A stretch of DNA of 10,236 nucleotides from an uncultured archaeon (GTDB lineage Archaea > Asgardarchaeota > Lokiarchaeia > Sigyniarchaeales > SOKP01): positions 1 to 10,236 of the forward strand of contig CAYLZE010000146.1 of the NCBI GenBank assembly GCA_964388035.1, given 5' to 3'. Both the position numbers and the translations under genes were made by a program. Under the pieces are notes generated by a model that was not told where the DNA came from, made no database searches, and saw only the letters and a list, made by a program, of their open reading frames with translations. This document shows, in pieces, positions 6,755 to 10,236 of the stretch (positions are counted from its first letter, which is position 1; each line of letters opens with the position of its first letter).

Positions 6755-7636
6755 TTATTTAGAAATAATACCACTGAAATATCCAACACAATATCCTAAA
6801 TTATGGCTTTTTTCAAAGCTCGTATAATATTTTAAAGCTTCAGTTTTGGAGTATCCCAGATTCTTACATGTTAGCATGAGACTGGTAATAGTTTGTGGAC
6901 CGCATACCGTGGTTTTTCTAGCCATGTTAAAGGTTCTTTCTGGATTAAATTCTGTAAATGCATTAATCACATTTTGATCCAACTGTTTAAATTCCTCAAA
7001 ATCTCTCTCAGCATTATAAAGCTCTTTATGCGTCATATCGGAGGAGGCAATTAAGACCACATCTTTATTTAGAGAAGTAATAGCTTCAGCTACATCAGCA
7101 GAAAGTTGTTGTAATTTTCTATAATCATGCGAAGATATGATAACAGGGACTATTTTAATATTTTTTGCTCGTGCACAAAATTGGATAAAAGGCAATTGAA
7201 CCTCAATATTATGCTCTCGGGAAAAAACACTTCCCATAAATGCGGAAGGATCATTAGCGATAATTTTACTCTTATTTATAATGGCTTCACAGAGTTCGGT
7301 ATCAATTTCCAATTCTCCAAGAGGTGTTTCCCACGATCCTTCTTTCATTAAAGCAATTTTACCATATCCGATATGATCCGTTCCGTAGATGAGAACCGTG
7401 TCTGGCATTTTTTCTTTAAATAAACTTAAATAGGTATGAGCAGCAGCACTACCTGAGTACACGTATCCTGCATGAGGCGAGATACCACCTATGATAGTCC
7501 GCTGGTCTAAATTTTGGGAAGAAGGAAGCTTTCCGGGTCCAAAATTGCTATCTAAAAAACAATCTTCTAATGTGCTCAATAAAGATGATTTTGAAGAGGG
7601 GTAAAATTGGCCTGCTACGGCTGGTCTTCTAATCAT
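6755..7636 (-). CDS. amrB: MEMO1 family / AmmeMemoRadiSam system protein B
   Basis: RRPAVAGQFYP, PHAGYVYSG, WETPLG, EHNIEVQLPF, ASSDMTH, TVCG and VGY are all hallmark MEMO1-family motifs. Confidence 0.95.
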   Translation of the reverse strand: MIRRPAVAGQFYPSSKSSLLSTLEDCFLDSNFGPGKLPSSQNLDQRTIIGGISPHAGYVYSGSAAAHTYLSLFKEKMPDTVLIYGTDHIGYGKIALMKEGSWETPLGELEIDTELCEAIINKSKIIANDPSAFMGSVFSREHNIEVQLPFIQFCARAKNIKIVPVIISSHDYRKLQQLSADVAEAITSLNKDVVLIASSDMTHKELYNAERDFEEFKQLDQNVINAFTEFNPERTFNMARKTTVCGPQTITSLMLTCKNLGYSKTEALKYYTSFEKSHNLGYCVGYFSGIISK

Positions 7637-7677
7637 ATCTCCTCATCACGATATTATTTTTATTTTTTTTTTTAAGG

Positions 7678-7687
7678 TTTATACTTT
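7678..7687 (-). promoter_or_regulatory. Putative BRE/TATA promoter of the amrB-coiled-coil unit (AAAGTATAAA)
   Basis: On the minus strand, purine-rich AAAG is followed by TATAAA 42-47 nt upstream of ATG 7636. An SD-like GTGATGAGGAG lies at 7639-7649. Confidence 0.5.
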
Positions 7688-8037
7688 AATAAGTAGATAT
7701 TCTGGAATTTAAATAAATCGCTCTCATTTCCACCCATTATATTACAATTTTAAACTATTTTCCTTCTTAGTATCTCTGATTTTAAAATTTAAGATTCCAT
7801 ATCAAACTTTCTTTATATTTTTGATTTTCTTTTAATCACCTTGATCAAATTTGAGATAAAGGAATCTAAAAAACTTTCATGTTCCATCTTAGAAATCTTT
7901 TAATTTCTTTTTTCTAACCAATTATTGGATCAAAGGCACAAATTATACTCAAAAAAATTGAGGGATAAGGCAATTCGTTTATTTTGTTGAAATAAGGATT
8001 AAAAAATTATTTTATGTTTATATCATAGTTACCATTA

Positions 8038-8646
8038 ATGAGCAACGAAGAAAAAGAAACTGCACAAATATCACTTGAGAACGTTAAACGAGAGGACTTG
8101 CCTAATAAAATACCCACTAAGTTAATTAATGGACGAGTAGTAGTGTTCAATCCCTTACATGCTTCCTATCTTTACGTGAAAATGAATTTTTTTGGAAGTC
8201 CTTTAGGAATCAATAAACCCCGATTGGAATATTTTAATAAACCTAGTGAATTATCATTACCAGAAGCTTATTATTTGATACAAAGGGGAGAAATCTCAAT
8301 TTATGATGAAAAACAGAAAAAAGATCTTACTCCTGAAGAATTTTTTGAATTTGCAAAAAAAATCCACGATAAATTCGAAGAAAAATATATTATATATGAA
8401 GATTTAAGAGAAAAAGGATTCATACCACGACCGGGATTAAAATTTGGAGCAGATTTTGTAGTTTATAAGAAGGGACCTGGTCTAGAACATTCTCATTTTA
8501 TCGTGCATGTTCATCGAAGCCAATCAAAAATCTCAGCCATCGATATGGTTCGGGCGGGCAGATTGGCCACTTCAGTGCGAAAGAAATTCGTTATAGCTAA
8601 TCCCCTGACAAAAAGTTACTATTTTTTTGAATGGTTTAAGCCATGA
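8038..8646 (+). CDS. endA: tRNA-intron lyase (tRNA splicing endonuclease), catalytic subunit
   Basis: ELSLPEAYYL, YEDLREKG, GLKFGADFVVY, GPGLEHS, RLATSVRK and C-terminal WFKP. Catalytic triad Y143/H151/K182 is intact. Confidence 0.95.
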   Translation: MSNEEKETAQISLENVKREDLPNKIPTKLINGRVVVFNPLHASYLYVKMNFFGSPLGINKPRLEYFNKPSELSLPEAYYLIQRGEISIYDEKQKKDLTPEEFFEFAKKIHDKFEEKYIIYEDLREKGFIPRPGLKFGADFVVYKKGPGLEHSHFIVHVHRSQSKISAIDMVRAGRLATSVRKKFVIANPLTKSYYFFEWFKP

Positions 8647-8650
8647 GAAA

Positions 8651-8683
8651 GAAAACCTCGTCTCGAGATTAGCGAGGGATTTC
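8651..8683. terminator. GC-rich hairpin between convergent endA and DUF47 genes; possible terminator or 3'-end structure
   Basis: CCTCG (8656-8660) pairs with CGAGG (8673-8677). The stem extends inward by CT/AG and outward by GAAA/TTTC. On the minus strand it is followed by TTTTCTTTC. Confidence 0.4.
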
Positions 8684-8746
8684 GAATAGTTAGAAATTAC
8701 TTTAAATTCTTTAATCCAAATTGATGAAAAAGATAAGAAAAAGAGT

Positions 8747-9388
8747 TTATTGATAGATTAAAATTCTTATAAAATCCGCTATATCGTGAATTCTATCAGC
8801 AAGCTCTTCTAATATCTTTATACTGTCCCTAATTCTTAGAAGAAACCTTATATCAAGTTCTTTCTTATCATAAAGATAATCCAAAAAATCTCGAAAAACA
8901 ATATCTATCTCATTTTCGATTTCATGGATTTTCGTGGTGTTTGCAAATACTTCATTCTTATTGTCCCTTAGGTTTTTTATGGTGGTCTTCAATATATCGG
9001 CCATTTCTAAAAGACTATTTATCAAGCTCCTGTATCTCTTGTTAATTTCATCGCCGATTCCTTCAGTAAAGGGTATTTTTTCCAAGATATCCACAAATTC
9101 TAAAGCATAATTAATAGTATTGTCCATGCGCAAAATTAATGCAATATAATTCCCTAACCCTTGACTGCCAGCTTCCGAAAAATCTTGAATTAATTTAATT
9201 TTAATACCATCGGCATCTTCTTCGGATAAATGTAACTTATTTTTCTTTTTTTTCAAATTCTTCTTATTTGCTTCAGAATTTTCCGCCCAACTGGTATAAT
9301 ACACGCCCATATCTGAGATTACAGAATATAGAATTCTTGAGTGCTCAATCAACATCGAAAGAATCTGATCCTTAATTTTTTGACTCAT
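8747..9388 (-). CDS. DUF47 family (PhoU-like) phosphate transport regulator
   Basis: 213-aa helical protein with two repeats carrying EEDAD and ENEID motifs, plus LEELADRIHDIAD, the DUF47 pattern. Confidence 0.82.
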   Translation of the reverse strand: MSQKIKDQILSMLIEHSRILYSVISDMGVYYTSWAENSEANKKNLKKKKNKLHLSEEDADGIKIKLIQDFSEAGSQGLGNYIALILRMDNTINYALEFVDILEKIPFTEGIGDEINKRYRSLINSLLEMADILKTTIKNLRDNKNEVFANTTKIHEIENEIDIVFRDFLDYLYDKKELDIRFLLRIRDSIKILEELADRIHDIADFIRILIYQ

Positions 9389-9470
9389 TTACGTTTCATT
9401 TATATTTTTTAATGCTCTAACAATAATATATCTTTTATTAATTAAAAATATGAGTTTAGAGTTAATCATC

Positions 9471-9485
9471 AAAAGTCTTTAATAT
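9471..9485 (+). promoter_or_regulatory. Putative BRE/TATA promoter of the VIT1-family gene (AAAAGTCTTTAATAT)
   Basis: TTTAATAT lies 29-36 nt upstream of ATG 9514, preceded by AAAAG. No SD is visible, consistent with a near-leaderless mRNA. Confidence 0.45.
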
Positions 9486-9513
9486 CATCATTATTTGCAA
9501 TAATAAAAATATC

Positions 9514-10227
9514 ATGTCCAAATATAGAATTTATATTAAGATAACAAATCTATTATCGATTTCCCGAAGATACTTCGTCAATAACTTCTACGATGGAATG
9601 CTCACGTCGCTCGGTATTCTTTTGGGCTTTTTCGTGATCATAATAAAGGGAGGACATTCTTCTATTGAAAGTAATTTAGTTATCTATACTGGAGTGGGAA
9701 CGAGCATTTCAATGTTTATTTCGGGTTTCTCGGGCTCTTACTTATCGGAGCGAGCAGAACAAAAAAAAATTCACATGGACATTAATAGAGCCATGGGAAA
9801 ATTTACTACTGATTCAGAAAATGAAGGAGAAGAAAAAGAAGTTGAGCAAGAAGAAATAGAAAAAGCTATGTTGGTCCCACTTAAGAAAAAAAAAAAAGGA
9901 CCTAAAAAGCTTGAAAAGAAAAAAGAAGAAAAAGAGGAAGTAAAAACGTTATTCGAAAAGGCAGAAAGTTTTGCAGGAAAGATTGTTGCCACGGTAAATG
10001 GAGGTGCTCCTTTCTGTGGGGGGTTAGTTCCATTGATTCCCTTTTTTCTCGTTGTGCAAGCGACCTTTATAACCTTTATATTTTCATTCATAATAATCGT
10101 CTCATGTATTGTTTTTCTAGGTATTTTTTTAGGTATAATTTCAGATTCTTCAATAATCAAAATGATTATTCAGATGGTAGCGGCATTTGCTATAACTGTA
10201 ACCATTACCATCGTCCTTCTCCCATAA
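9514..10227 (+). CDS. VIT1/CCC1 transporter family protein (archaeal TIGR00267-like)
   Basis: RRYFVNNFYDG (TM1 Asp), SMFISGFSGSYLSERAE (TM2 Met), a cytosolic charged segment, VPLIPF, then further TM helices. Confidence 0.85.
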   Translation: MSKYRIYIKITNLLSISRRYFVNNFYDGMLTSLGILLGFFVIIIKGGHSSIESNLVIYTGVGTSISMFISGFSGSYLSERAEQKKIHMDINRAMGKFTTDSENEGEEKEVEQEEIEKAMLVPLKKKKKGPKKLEKKKEEKEEVKTLFEKAESFAGKIVATVNGGAPFCGGLVPLIPFFLVVQATFITFIFSFIIIVSCIVFLGIFLGIISDSSIIKMIIQMVAAFAITVTITIVLLP

Positions 10228-10236
10228 AAAAAGTGA

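Noticed and set aside
6286-7351. ORFs 6286-6594 (+) and 7127-7351 (+)
   Set aside because: Antisense to the coiled-coil gene and amrB. The F/S-rich composition of the first is the expected mirror of K/E codons.
7813-7887. 24-codon minus-strand ORF MEHESFLDSFISNLIKVIKRKSKI in the amrB-endA spacer
   Set aside because: No SD and no homology I can recognise, and the length is within chance expectation. It would need Ribo-seq or conservation evidence.
7839-7962. TCAA/TTGA palindromes (7845-7854, 7948-7962; also 3567-3577) as operator sites
   Set aside because: The spacer lengths differ between copies and the arms are short and AT-rich, so they are not distinguishable from chance.
8644-8724. Selenocysteine or read-through at the endA TGA (hairpin follows; frame stays open about 25 codons)
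   Set aside because: WFKP is a normal EndA C-terminus, there is no Cys-equivalent position, and the hairpin lacks recognisable SECIS features.
9771-10160. ORF 9771-10160 (-)
   Set aside because: Antisense shadow of the VIT1-family gene.
1-10236. CRISPR array, transposase/integrase, tRNA/rRNA or defence system
   Set aside because: No regularly spaced repeats, no recombinase or transposase motifs, no GC-rich cloverleaf-sized segments and no recognisable defence domains were seen.

Overview
AT-rich archaeal chromosomal window with ten protein-coding genes. I see no mobile element, CRISPR array or rRNA/tRNA gene. The source is probably an Asgard archaeon (Lokiarchaeia-like); this is inferred from a RadA with Rad51-type motifs, a TACK-type tRNA endonuclease and the gene mix. 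Gene order: 5'-truncated membrane protein (+), GT87/GT-C glycosyltransferase (+), radA (+), OsmC-family protein (-), YdjM-like membrane metallohydrolase (-), PfkB kinase (-), coiled-coil protein (-), MEMO1/AmrB (-), endA (+), DUF47/PhoU-like protein (-), VIT1/CCC1 (TIGR00267-like) transporter (+). Counting the truncated first ORF, that is ten complete genes plus one partial. Best leads: (1) the PfkB kinase carries the DxQGFIR signature of myo-inositol kinases and abuts a membrane hydrolase, a candidate inositol/inositol-lipid salvage module; (2) an unannotated coiled-coil protein with a duplicated DFMTxxKxKK motif follows MEMO1; (3) EndA has a crenarchaea-specific-loop-like insert and lacks an acidic L10 loop; (4) possible non-canonical initiation in two genes. 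All functional models are hypotheses from motif reading without tools.
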